IMG/VR virus record: IMGVR_UViG_3300033067_001756
Location: 1 to 29,481 of that record
Length of the DNA: 29,481 nt
Origin: a virus
Taxonomy: Duplodnaviria > Caudoviricetes
Direction: 5' to 3' (one strand)
Part shown: positions 10,098 through 20,527 of the stretch, one piece after another
Numbering within the stretch: position 1 is the first letter of the stretch
How the letters are laid out: each line of letters starts with the position of its first letter
Translations under genes and position numbers: made by a program
The notes under the pieces: model-generated
Seen by the model: only the letters and a program-made list of their open reading frames with translations
Databases searched by the model: none
Told to the model about the DNA's origin: nothing

Positions 10098-11128
10098 GCA
10101 CTAAGATACCCGATTATAACTTTCCGTCTCCTGATGAGATAAATCCACAGCCATGTGTTACTGCGTCTAGATATCTTAATGTAGTCCCTGAACAGGTAAC
10201 TATAACTCAAGTATGCCAAGATCCAAATAACACTTCTTTAATAGTAATAAATTTTATACTAGTTGGTGCTTTTGAATTTACTCCTTACTTAAAAATTCTA
10301 TCAGTAGATGATGACGATAGTTATGAAGCTAATGGTATACAGGGACAGTTTGCTCTAGGTCATTTTAAAAATCCCAGCCTTCCTATTAATACAAATTGTA
10401 CAACCTATCAAGGCCAGATTGTGTTTGATATAGGGTCAAAAATTCAAAACTATATTTCTTGCTCTTCTATAACTATAGAACTAGTTATGGTAGGACAGGT
10501 TCCTCTTAGCTATGGTGTAAGTTACCCCAATCAAACATGCTCGTCAATTTTTGTTTGGAATAAAGGAATTCTTCCTAACCCAATAGGAATTCAGTACAGT
10601 AATGGCGCGATGCAAGTCTTGTTTGAGTATAACGGAACTACGGATTGTTCCTGTCAAATTCAATGTACAATTCCTAGCGGAGTTAGCCAGCAATTAAGTT
10701 TTTGTCCAGGAGAAAAACAATCTGTATCCCTCTATCAGAATCCTGACTCTACGGATCCATACAATATATTAATACAATTATCTGACGGCTTAGGTAACAT
10801 ATCTAATATAGAATTTCAATCAGTTCTTAATGCAATCCCTCTTAGTCCTAGCATAAGTAAAGACAGTAAGCCTAAACGTGTAAACATAGCTATAACAAAA
10901 CAGTCAATTAATTATATAGATATTGAAGAAAAAGCGCAATATCAAATTTTAAAGTACCAAGGTAACAGCGCAAATAAAATGATCTGGAAAGACTGGTCCG
11001 ATAGAAGCTGGAACTTTTTTGTAGATTATGACGTAATACCTGGGGAAACCTACGGTTACGCGCTTAGATACAAAGGGCAGCTGGGCGAGCTTTCTCAAAT
11101 TTCTGACTGGTCAGTAATCACAATATGA
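10094..11128 (+). CDS. Cys-containing beta-rich protein with C-terminal fibronectin type III-like domain, 344 aa
   Basis: C-terminal YQILKY...FVDYDVIPGETYGYALR...G.LS..SDW fits the FN3 consensus. 9 Cys lie in the first ~205 aa. ATGA overlaps at both ends. Confidence 0.65.
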   Translation: MSTKIPDYNFPSPDEINPQPCVTASRYLNVVPEQVTITQVCQDPNNTSLIVINFILVGAFEFTPYLKILSVDDDDSYEANGIQGQFALGHFKNPSLPINTNCTTYQGQIVFDIGSKIQNYISCSSITIELVMVGQVPLSYGVSYPNQTCSSIFVWNKGILPNPIGIQYSNGAMQVLFEYNGTTDCSCQIQCTIPSGVSQQLSFCPGEKQSVSLYQNPDSTDPYNILIQLSDGLGNISNIEFQSVLNAIPLSPSISKDSKPKRVNIAITKQSINYIDIEEKAQYQILKYQGNSANKMIWKDWSDRSWNFFVDYDVIPGETYGYALRYKGQLGELSQISDWSVITI

Positions 11129-14100
11129 GCTTTTATCCGGAAAATGGTCTTAATAGTAAAGAACAGTTTAGCTCTAGCCTAGGCTTTACTTTTGAAAATG
11201 AAGCACTACAAGCACTTGAGGGAGGATACCTAACCTTAGTATCTAGCCTAAGCGGCAACACTTCTATATTTAATGCCTGGTCGCCGGTAAATAATTGGTC
11301 GTTTGAGCATAGCCTTGCTACTGTTGCACAAGTAACCGGTAGCTTTAGTTTTTATACTGGCAGTATAATGTCTCCTTTAACTGGATCCTCGTCTGGTTAT
11401 CAGGGAATAGACTCAGATATAACGGCTTGGAAGATTTTTACTAGCTATCCTACTGGTGAAGATATAGGTACATATGGTATAGCGCTTGATATCCTTAGCC
11501 CTAATACTCTAATACTTGATAGCACTGCTGTTCTTTCAAACGAAATAACCATTGAATTTGACGTAGCAGTTACACAATCATACTCAGGTATTACCTGGTT
11601 TTCTGGCTACTCATCAGGTCAAACTACTGACGTACCTGCACTAAGTGGCATACATGGCCACGGTATACTTTATTGCGATGGACTGTATTGGGATTTTATA
11701 GAGGTGACTCCTTATGGATTACGATCCTACAATAGCCCAGACGTCGCCCTTAATATAAACCTCTACTCTCCAAAAAGAATTCGTCTAGGATTTAGAGATA
11801 ATGATATTTTTATCTCCTCAGAAGACGGTAGAACAGTAGCGGGCTATAATAAATTTACTACTATAATGGGCGACCCTAGCTCCGAAGGAATACTTTTATT
11901 TGGAGCCCCCGGAAAAGATCAAAACTTTTTAAATCAAAAAGATATTCTTTCTACTAGCTCAGGAGCAGTAGGCGAAACGTACTGGGATAATATCAAAGTT
12001 TTGACTGGTGCTACTGCTATCTTTGATAGCTCTATTGAATCCCCAAGATATAGTACAGGTTTTGTTTCGTGCTATACTCCGGTATTTAATCCTGATATTG
12101 CAATAGAAAGCTTTGTCTCAGCTACTGTAGACTCTGTAATTTTCAACGGCGGTGTAACACAAGTAAGCGTACAGTACTCAGGAGTAAACGGCTGGACTAC
12201 ATACGACACTAAAACAATAACTCAAACTAAAACAGAGTTTGATTTATTCTCTATACCTGTTTATGTCTATCCTAGAACTAACGGTAGTAATGACTACTTA
12301 AAAAATCCACTGAGATTTAAGATAGATCAGCGTTCTTACAGCGGCTATGTCCTTCCTCCACTAATAAATGAGATAAGCGTAACAGCCAGTAGTAGTCCTA
12401 TATCTTTAGATATAGTTCCTAACTGGAAGCCTTATTATCTAGAGACTAATGCTAGGATAGATGTTGTAACTGGACAGCATCAATCTTTTTATCCTAGTCC
12501 TACTAAATGGACTAACTTCTTATTTAACTGTCCTATTACAACAGGGCAGATTACATCATTTGAAGAAGAAAAAAATGGCACTACAATATCTGTAGTAGGC
12601 ACAGGTGAAGTATCTCTTGATGGTCCGTATAGATCGTCTTTTAAAAATTACATAATTACTGGCGCAACACCTAAGTCTGGTTCTGCGGCGTTTATTATAT
12701 TAGGTAGTTCCTATCAGGATAACTATTTTAGTAATGGACTATTTGAATCTTTTAGACCAGTAGTTAATATAGAAACCGGTTATTACTCTGGCCTTACTGA
12801 TGGGTTTTTGGCAGATCAAATTTATATCAATAGGTCTTATACAGGCGGGTATAAAGTAGAATTTACAAAAGACCAAATATATAGATTAGATATACAAGGC
12901 CAAAATAACGCAGACGTCTCTGAGCTAGGCACTAGTGCTACAGTAACAGATTATGCACAAGGCGTCTACTCCTATCCTGGCACCGGATATCATAATGGTA
13001 CCGTGGGTATAGAGGCTTATATACCTTCTGGTATAGCCAGTGGAAACTTACTTATATCCTTTGATTTAGCTATTACAAAAGGTTCTGGTATTAATGTAGT
13101 AGTTTCAGGATCTAACGTAAGCAGATATTTAATGCCTGGAGATAGCTATAGAGAATATTCTAGAGCTACAGTCTCGGCCACTAATAACGGTTCAAATTTT
13201 TATATAGGCTTTACAGTACCTTCTGGATACTATCAGGATGAAATAGAGTATAGCATAGATAACCTATCTGTGCAAAATTATTATACTTCTTATCTTACCA
13301 GTACCGGATACACACTTCCTGTGCATCTTACTGGAACAAATTACACAGGACAGAGTATACAAAAGGAAATTTTAAAAGGCAGTACTGTTTTCTATAGTAG
13401 TGTATTTTTAGATTCCTATCCTAGTTCTAACTCAGGTATACTTTTTACAGCTGTAAATAACACTAATAAAAAACTAGAACTAAACATAAACAGCTCTGGT
13501 TATTTGTCTGCTGTAACTGATTTAGCCAGTAACGCCTGGGCTACTTCAGTAGGTACAGATCCATATAATATAAACCTACCAAGAACCTCTATTACTTCAG
13601 AAGTAAAAATCCCACTTAGTAAGTGGGTTAACATAGGGTTCATGCATGATGTTCACTATTATGATTACTTTGGACACGCAAGTATAGACGCAGTACCTAC
13701 TGTAGGTAACTTTACTTCTAGTAATAAATTATTACTTACGCTAGACGGATCTATCATAGCTAGCAAAGACGTAATGTCTGGCTGGCAAGTAAAGACTACT
13801 AGCTCTGGAGAAGCCGCCCCCTTTGGCACTTATATTCCTTTAACTGGTACGGTTAACTACACATTAGCCTCTGGATTATTCTGTAAGATAGATGGTGTTC
13901 ATTTTAGTAGACCGCCAGCGGCAGAAGCAGAAGCAGAACTTAGCTGCCTAGGTGCAAGAACTACATACCCTTACTTTGTTCCTGACTCCCTATTCAAAAA
14001 CGGTAGTCAAGAATTTACTAATCTAGGTAGTGGTGTTGATTACTTTGAGGGACTATATTATAATCTGTCATCCCCTTATAATACTTGCTGGGATAGAGGG

Positions 14101-15906
14101 CCAATAAGAAATCACTTATTGTTCTACAACACAACTTCTATAGACCTGTCTTCTCCTTATGGAGAGCTTTATAGCACTCGATTCTATTCTGGTAGTTATG
14201 CTGTATCTCCTTATAGTAGCGCGTTTGAAAGAATCTTTAATGCTACTGGGGCTATTGGTATTCCTAGTAGATATCTTAATGTTAACTCCGGAGTCTTTAA
14301 CGTACTAGGATGGATGTACCCTAGAACAGAAGGAACAGTATTTAGCTTCTTACAAAATTCTAACGACTCTACAAAAGCTAGACTAGAACTTAAAATATAT
14401 AGTGGAAAGTTTATAGCTAATAAAATTGATAACACCAACGCTATAGTTACCTCATTTACTGGCCAAGATGTAGAGCTAAATGAATGGTCGTATTTTAATC
14501 TTAGCTATACTAGCAATGGATATAACGCCTATGGTAATACCGGAGTAGTTACTTGTGTTATAGGAGATAACTCCTACACTAGGACTGGTGTAAACTACGG
14601 CTTAATATATCTAGGCAAAAGCGGTAGTACAGAGCAGTCTTGTTTCCGTCTAGGCGGTACTTCTGACGTAAACTTATTTAACATTGCTATACCATTCTTC
14701 CCAATTACTAGTGGCAGTAACACGGGGGACAAGGGAGGAACTTATCAAGTTTTATTAGAAGATAATATCCCTTATACAGGCGGAGAAGTTAGGTTTGACA
14801 ATTACAACTATGCCACAACTACTATAAATGCTAGTCAAGAATCTGGTAATAGATTCTTTTCTATGGCAATGTTTAATTGCTACGAAACTAATCCTAAGCT
14901 AAACGGAATTATTGCCTACGATAACGTTTCGTTTAAAGAGACTGAAAGCTATCAAATAGGCTATGACCTTACACCATTCCATAATGTTTTTGGTACCACT
15001 GATTCTCCTATAAGGCTTGGTACTCAAGTGCCATCTACGGCTATCAATATAGCCAGATTTAGTAGCGTAGGCCATAGCGTGCCTTCAAGTATTTCTACAA
15101 TAGATCTTTCAGATAGAAATACAAATAACCTAATACCCTACAAAGAAGGCGAGTATATAGTAGGCAAAAATAGCATAGCTAGTGGATCTGCTATATCCTC
15201 CTATAAAGGTATAAACTCCGGAGTATTTTCTGGACTTATAGACGTTATAGTTACTGGACAAGTTGCCTCTGCTGATATAGAGATAAGTAATATAAGTATA
15301 TCAGATCCTTTGTTTGATTATGGATACTCTTCTTATTACTACTACTTAGTAGGGCGAGGTAAGAAGGTAGTCAAAATTCTGAATGCTTATCCTCACTACA
15401 CAGGACAACTTACTACTGGATCCACTGGTAGTGTTCCAGACAATTACTTCGCAAATCTTGAGAAGATAAAAAGTTCTATAAAACTAAAAACTAGGAAGGG
15501 TGAAATTATTGATAAGGCTACCTATCCCTATGATATAATAGCCTGCCCTTATACTCCTGACTCTTTGTTAAGCTCGGTAACAGATATTGAAGATATATAC
15601 TTAGATAATATAGGAGATATAAACAGCGGCGAAATATTAGATGACGGATTATTTAGTGTCATAATTTTGACTAACATAAACAAAATCAATAGCGAGTCTA
15701 TATTTGTTCACTATGACGGTTATGATATAAATGAAGGCGTAGAGTATTTTGGATCTAAAGAAGTTCTTAATCCTCAGCCTATATTTAGGCTACGTCATGA
15801 ATCAGAAGATGCTGGCTTAGGTAAGTTTGACTTAACCTTAAATAACAACAGCTTCTACGATCTTAAGATTTTTGGAATAGAAGGTTTATACAGTGGGCAA
15901 CTTTAA
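11125..15906 (+). CDS. Giant virion adhesin-like protein with LamG/concanavalin-A-like domains, 1593 aa
   Basis: LamG-like motifs KIPLSKWVNIGF...LLLTLDGSII...IDGVHFS and FNVLGWMYP..GTVFSF...LELKI...VELNEWSYFNLSY...FRLGG. Very Ser/Thr/Gly/Tyr-rich. No signal peptide or TM segment evident. Confidence 0.65.
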   Translation: MSFYPENGLNSKEQFSSSLGFTFENEALQALEGGYLTLVSSLSGNTSIFNAWSPVNNWSFEHSLATVAQVTGSFSFYTGSIMSPLTGSSSGYQGIDSDITAWKIFTSYPTGEDIGTYGIALDILSPNTLILDSTAVLSNEITIEFDVAVTQSYSGITWFSGYSSGQTTDVPALSGIHGHGILYCDGLYWDFIEVTPYGLRSYNSPDVALNINLYSPKRIRLGFRDNDIFISSEDGRTVAGYNKFTTIMGDPSSEGILLFGAPGKDQNFLNQKDILSTSSGAVGETYWDNIKVLTGATAIFDSSIESPRYSTGFVSCYTPVFNPDIAIESFVSATVDSVIFNGGVTQVSVQYSGVNGWTTYDTKTITQTKTEFDLFSIPVYVYPRTNGSNDYLKNPLRFKIDQRSYSGYVLPPLINEISVTASSSPISLDIVPNWKPYYLETNARIDVVTGQHQSFYPSPTKWTNFLFNCPITTGQITSFEEEKNGTTISVVGTGEVSLDGPYRSSFKNYIITGATPKSGSAAFIILGSSYQDNYFSNGLFESFRPVVNIETGYYSGLTDGFLADQIYINRSYTGGYKVEFTKDQIYRLDIQGQNNADVSELGTSATVTDYAQGVYSYPGTGYHNGTVGIEAYIPSGIASGNLLISFDLAITKGSGINVVVSGSNVSRYLMPGDSYREYSRATVSATNNGSNFYIGFTVPSGYYQDEIEYSIDNLSVQNYYTSYLTSTGYTLPVHLTGTNYTGQSIQKEILKGSTVFYSSVFLDSYPSSNSGILFTAVNNTNKKLELNINSSGYLSAVTDLASNAWATSVGTDPYNINLPRTSITSEVKIPLSKWVNIGFMHDVHYYDYFGHASIDAVPTVGNFTSSNKLLLTLDGSIIASKDVMSGWQVKTTSSGEAAPFGTYIPLTGTVNYTLASGLFCKIDGVHFSRPPAAEAEAELSCLGARTTYPYFVPDSLFKNGSQEFTNLGSGVDYFEGLYYNLSSPYNTCWDRGPIRNHLLFYNTTSIDLSSPYGELYSTRFYSGSYAVSPYSSAFERIFNATGAIGIPSRYLNVNSGVFNVLGWMYPRTEGTVFSFLQNSNDSTKARLELKIYSGKFIANKIDNTNAIVTSFTGQDVELNEWSYFNLSYTSNGYNAYGNTGVVTCVIGDNSYTRTGVNYGLIYLGKSGSTEQSCFRLGGTSDVNLFNIAIPFFPITSGSNTGDKGGTYQVLLEDNIPYTGGEVRFDNYNYATTTINASQESGNRFFSMAMFNCYETNPKLNGIIAYDNVSFKETESYQIGYDLTPFHNVFGTTDSPIRLGTQVPSTAINIARFSSVGHSVPSSISTIDLSDRNTNNLIPYKEGEYIVGKNSIASGSAISSYKGINSGVFSGLIDVIVTGQVASADIEISNISISDPLFDYGYSSYYYYLVGRGKKVVKILNAYPHYTGQLTTGSTGSVPDNYFANLEKIKSSIKLKTRKGEIIDKATYPYDIIACPYTPDSLLSSVTDIEDIYLDNIGDINSGEILDDGLFSVIILTNINKINSESIFVHYDGYDINEGVEYFGSKEVLNPQPIFRLRHESEDAGLGKFDLTLNNNSFYDLKIFGIEGLYSGQL

Positions 15907-18900
15907 AAATAAAAACATAGACTTTGTTAGACAGGCTTTAATCAGAAAAATGACTAAGCCTTTGTCTGTAATTGCTTTATACCCACAAAATAGCTCTGAT
16001 ACAAAGTTATATGTTCAGGTAGTTAGCAACGCCACAGTTATAGCCCTTCGCTATATATCTAGTACCACCGTAACTAAGTCTATTACTTTTACAAGCAAGT
16101 CGCTTAAGGAAGTAGTTCAAGAAATTAATCAATGTGGATTACCACTTAAAGCTGTCCAGCTAACAGAAATAGAATCTCTATCACAAGGAGACATACTATC
16201 TACTGGCTCAGGCTTTGTAGAAATACCATACGGCTTTACTGCAACAGAAAGACTTACGGATCGCGGTATAGTTTTACGAGCTAAAAAAATTGCTGTACGC
16301 CATAAAAACAATAGCAACATAAGATTACTTCCGCCTTATTTTGAAGACCCCTCTCTTCCTTGGCACCCTAGAATATCAAATGGATCCTTTTCCCAAAAGT
16401 ATAACGGAAAGCTTTACCACTTTTATGTAAAAGAATTTGACAACCAAGCGTGGTCTTCTATTTATGGTAAACCATTTAAAGATTTAAAAGGGATTACTCC
16501 TACTGTACTAGACGCAAACGTGTACTCTCTTCCAAGAACCCCAGTGTTTTGGAATGGAGAAAACATCACTGTATATAACGGCGACGTACCCATTACACAA
16601 AATGTTATTGAAGATATAGACATTAATAACGGTATACTTTACACTAAGCCTGGGTACTATTTACAAGAAGATTTTACTCTAGACTACACTTATCTAGAGT
16701 CATCCTTTGTGTATAAAGACGTTAATATTAATGGGCACTTCTGCCAAAATCCTTTTGTAATAGATAAGTATGTAGTCATATATTTACTTCCTGCCGAAAG
16801 TGCAGCAGCTAATAACAAAAAGACTGTATTCCACACTATTGGTAACTCAATAGAAGAGGCTATAAACGCTATTGTTTTAGAGGATCCTAGTGTTCCTATT
16901 GCTATAATAGGAGCCTATAACATACAGCAAATGTTCTCTAGTGACAGGGTATCTATTCTTGACACTAGATCTAAAGGTGGCGGCCTTGTAGATAATAAAG
17001 GTCCTAAGCCTGTATCTAATAATATTGATAGCCCTCTAGAGCCTGTTGAGCCTGCAATTGAAAGTTTCTTTAGTGAGGCTTATAGATTCTGGGATATAGG
17101 CAATGTAGATGGTGAGCACTATCCTTCTTCTGCTGCTGTTATTGTTGAGATACCAGACTCTATAAAGAACGTACTTAGCTTATCAGAGATTAAATCTAAA
17201 GCTACAAAGTATATTGCCGCCGGCGTATATCCTTCTATTTCTTACTATCAGGCAGAACTACCGTCAGTAACAGGGCTGGCAGCACAAATAAGCTGCGCCT
17301 ACAATCTTGATTTTTCTGATACGTATCAGAAAAATTATGGTAATTCTACCCTCTTAAATACTATTCCTTCTGGCTATTATGGAGCAGGTTGGCTCCTAAA
17401 TAGCATTGATGTCCCGAGTAGCATCCTCTCTACGGACTGGAATACTTATGATGTAAGTCCTGAAGTTACCGAAACAGAAGGTACTAAGATATTGACAGTA
17501 CAGACGTCTACCGGCGTTTCCATGTCCTATCTAAAAAGTACTCCAATAGTCGGAATAGAATGGAAAGAGCGTAGTGTAATTGCTACTAGTGGAGACTATA
17601 CACAGTATTCTCCTTGGGAAACAAAGCAGTATTTAGACACTACAGAAGTAGGAACTGGATTGCTAGTAAAGAATAAGCTAAGCTTTGGAGACCCGTTTGT
17701 TGTAAAGCAATATAAAAACATCCGTGTTCACAGCCCTTACATAACCGGAAACCTTACAGATCAAGTATCTTCATCTATATCTCAGATTGTAGACAAGACT
17801 CTTGCCCTGCAAGAAGCAGGGACAATAAACATTAAACAAAGGTACACGTCTGTTACAGATCCGCTCTCTAAGGAGAACATAGAAGACTATATACTAACTC
17901 CTTCTGCTTATGATCATTTATTTGACTTACTAGGTACGCCGATAGCAAATCAGTATCTGTCTAATCTAACAGGTATAGGGAACACACTTCTACAAAGTGG
18001 AATTTATAATTCTGGCCATTATTTAAAATTCTTTATACAAGGCGCCGATGCATACTTTGCTTTTACTGGCGGGACAGATTACCTTGTAATGTCCTACAAT
18101 AAGCAAATAGAAACTCTATCTAAATATCTAAACTATAGAGCTGATAGCTGGGACGCCTACTGTAACTCTGGACTGTCCACACTAACAGGCTTAGTTAACT
18201 CTTTAATGTCTAGTACGTCTGCGTACGGTAGTTTTGAAACTGCTGTACCTACTTACTGGATTTACTACTTACAAACTGGCATAACATATCCATTTAGCGG
18301 CGTATATATAAAGCCACCATCTTACTTAAGCGGCACAATTACTGATATATCAACTACTAATAATTTAGACTACTTATATACCCAATCGCTACCCGCAATA
18401 TTTTCTACGCTTATCGCCCATACAGGTCATATAGATAATTCTACTGTTAGAAATCATTACTCTACTGCTTATGAGTTAGCAAAGACTAATGTAGTTAGTC
18501 CTATAGACGCTATTATAAATAGTACTAGAACTTACTCAGGGCTTCCTATTCCTACTAATTGGTTCTTGGGCCATAATAGACTTGGTCTGTTCCTTGGAAC
18601 TAATTTAGTTAATATGTGCAAGGCCTATGACTACTTAGCCGAACATGTTAACAAAACGCAACCAGAGTATAACACTCAACAGTACACTTATACTAACTCT
18701 CAATATCTTAATCATATATTTAGTGGTATAGAAAAAGTATTAGATACAAGCTATGATGCTGTGTATCATAATCTTTTAAGAGGTGGAATTGTTGAGCCAG
18801 ACATGGCTCTTACTTTGTATGGTTATGGCTGGTATTTAAATAATTGGTCTGTGAACTACGGCTTGTGCTCTTCGCTATACAGCAATGATAAAAAGTCCAA

Positions 18901-20527
18901 GTTCGAATTACTATTTAATAATGGACTAAAACAGTTAATAAAAAATAGTATTAATTCTGATAACCAACTTTTAGAGACTACTACAATAAATGGAGAGACT
19001 GGTCCTTTCTACTCTTCAACGCCATATAAGATATTGTATCCAATCTCTCAGGCAGCTAAATATTCTTCAGAATGGAAAGGTATTACAGAAGCCTTAGTAA
19101 GAACTATTACTGGGTACTATGGAGTCTCAGGCCTATACTATTCTGATCCTTTTAAGAATAACGATACGCCCGGTAAAGAATATGATATCCTAGGTGGTAT
19201 GATTAGTATTTATGATGGTCTAACTACTTCAGGCTATTCAGATCTTTGGGAACCAATGTCTACAGGGCTCAATGTATTACGAGCCTGTGATTTCCAGCCT
19301 TATCAAGTTTCTGATCTATTTACCAACTATAATTCGGCTAATATAGATTCTTGTATAAAAGAACTTAAATCTATAGGCATAAACACAATAAGGCCACAGC
19401 TTAATTATTCTTACTGGTATTCATCTGGCTCAGACTTCTTATCTAAGCTTTCTGGCTTAGCAGAAATTTGTGTTAACAATAAAGTAAGATTACTACCTAC
19501 TCTTATAAGAGAAGAATTCTCGGGCCTCGCAAACACTGGCTTTATGCTTGGGGTAAACTCAGGCGAATCTTATGTGTCACAAATTGTTACAAGTATAGGT
19601 AACTCACCGGCGTTAGTTGGTTGGAACGTAGTATCTAACCCCAAACCGTATCCTATCAATCTTGTAAACTATAACTCTATAGCTTATAAGCTGAGTACGT
19701 TATCTTCTAAGCCCATCTATACAACTGTTCCTTTTAACGAGCTTTCTACTTCACTTAGCGGCGCGGTATATGTTGCTGATACTTATAACCTTACTCTTCC
19801 ACAAAACAATCCAAGATACTCTGCGCTATTTATACAGGCTAATAGTGAGTTTGGGTACTTCCTAAACTTACTGCCAAACTATAATAAATCGTTAATACTA
19901 GATTCTTATGGTAACGGTACCTATGGAGATTACGAAGTTGCTATAGCTAATGCTACAGATTTAGGGCTTAACTTTGTATTAAGTAATCTGTTTACCTCTG
20001 GATCTTACGGCACTTTGTATAATGATAACACAGCAAGAAATCAGCGCCAGGTACAAGCCATAGTAAATCTTGCTCAATCTCATGGTATAGAGCCGACAGG
20101 ACAGGTACAGCAAAGAAGTGATTTTTCAGATGTTGAATTTTATTCTACATATTATTCTCCTTCTTATAGCGGTAAAGATATTTTATCTGCTTTATCTTCT
20201 TGGTCTTATTCTTCTTATCTTCCTAATAATACAGGAGATTATAGATTCAGAATAGAACAGCTACAGGTTTTAAGTTCTGGTTTAGATCTAATAAACCATA
20301 AAAAACTTGATCCTTCTTATTTTGTTCTACCTTCTATACTTTCTAATTATGAGTGTGACACAATAACATTCTACAGCAATACTTGGGATAGTCAAAATTT
20401 TATTGCTAACACCGGTTTAGCCTGGATGTCTTCTGGCAGTATAGATTACGAAAGATATAATCAGCTTCTATATAGCTGGGGCACAGCTCTTAAAAACATA
20501 GTTAATAGGATTGGACTAAATGGTTAA
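15893..20527 (+). CDS. Structural (baseplate-associated) core protein fused to a long extension containing an inactivated GH5-like TIM barrel, 1544 aa
   Basis: GTG start overlapping the upstream gene; alternative ATG at 15950. The first ~450 aa carry WHPRISNGSF, LDTRSKGGGL, FWDIGNVDGEHYP..AAVIVEIP and KYIAAGVYP. A GH5-like stretch lies at nt ~19265-20080. Confidence 0.7.
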   Translation: MGNFKNKNIDFVRQALIRKMTKPLSVIALYPQNSSDTKLYVQVVSNATVIALRYISSTTVTKSITFTSKSLKEVVQEINQCGLPLKAVQLTEIESLSQGDILSTGSGFVEIPYGFTATERLTDRGIVLRAKKIAVRHKNNSNIRLLPPYFEDPSLPWHPRISNGSFSQKYNGKLYHFYVKEFDNQAWSSIYGKPFKDLKGITPTVLDANVYSLPRTPVFWNGENITVYNGDVPITQNVIEDIDINNGILYTKPGYYLQEDFTLDYTYLESSFVYKDVNINGHFCQNPFVIDKYVVIYLLPAESAAANNKKTVFHTIGNSIEEAINAIVLEDPSVPIAIIGAYNIQQMFSSDRVSILDTRSKGGGLVDNKGPKPVSNNIDSPLEPVEPAIESFFSEAYRFWDIGNVDGEHYPSSAAVIVEIPDSIKNVLSLSEIKSKATKYIAAGVYPSISYYQAELPSVTGLAAQISCAYNLDFSDTYQKNYGNSTLLNTIPSGYYGAGWLLNSIDVPSSILSTDWNTYDVSPEVTETEGTKILTVQTSTGVSMSYLKSTPIVGIEWKERSVIATSGDYTQYSPWETKQYLDTTEVGTGLLVKNKLSFGDPFVVKQYKNIRVHSPYITGNLTDQVSSSISQIVDKTLALQEAGTINIKQRYTSVTDPLSKENIEDYILTPSAYDHLFDLLGTPIANQYLSNLTGIGNTLLQSGIYNSGHYLKFFIQGADAYFAFTGGTDYLVMSYNKQIETLSKYLNYRADSWDAYCNSGLSTLTGLVNSLMSSTSAYGSFETAVPTYWIYYLQTGITYPFSGVYIKPPSYLSGTITDISTTNNLDYLYTQSLPAIFSTLIAHTGHIDNSTVRNHYSTAYELAKTNVVSPIDAIINSTRTYSGLPIPTNWFLGHNRLGLFLGTNLVNMCKAYDYLAEHVNKTQPEYNTQQYTYTNSQYLNHIFSGIEKVLDTSYDAVYHNLLRGGIVEPDMALTLYGYGWYLNNWSVNYGLCSSLYSNDKKSKFELLFNNGLKQLIKNSINSDNQLLETTTINGETGPFYSSTPYKILYPISQAAKYSSEWKGITEALVRTITGYYGVSGLYYSDPFKNNDTPGKEYDILGGMISIYDGLTTSGYSDLWEPMSTGLNVLRACDFQPYQVSDLFTNYNSANIDSCIKELKSIGINTIRPQLNYSYWYSSGSDFLSKLSGLAEICVNNKVRLLPTLIREEFSGLANTGFMLGVNSGESYVSQIVTSIGNSPALVGWNVVSNPKPYPINLVNYNSIAYKLSTLSSKPIYTTVPFNELSTSLSGAVYVADTYNLTLPQNNPRYSALFIQANSEFGYFLNLLPNYNKSLILDSYGNGTYGDYEVAIANATDLGLNFVLSNLFTSGSYGTLYNDNTARNQRQVQAIVNLAQSHGIEPTGQVQQRSDFSDVEFYSTYYSPSYSGKDILSALSSWSYSSYLPNNTGDYRFRIEQLQVLSSGLDLINHKKLDPSYFVLPSILSNYECDTITFYSNTWDSQNFIANTGLAWMSSGSIDYERYNQLLYSWGTALKNIVNRIGLNG

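Noticed and set aside
20140-20350. Pyrimidine-rich stretch with recurring TCTTAT/TTCT words (possible repeat, DGR variable region or regulatory site)
   Set aside because: Explained by Ser/Tyr/Leu codons. There is no regular period, no second copy, and no reverse transcriptase in the window.
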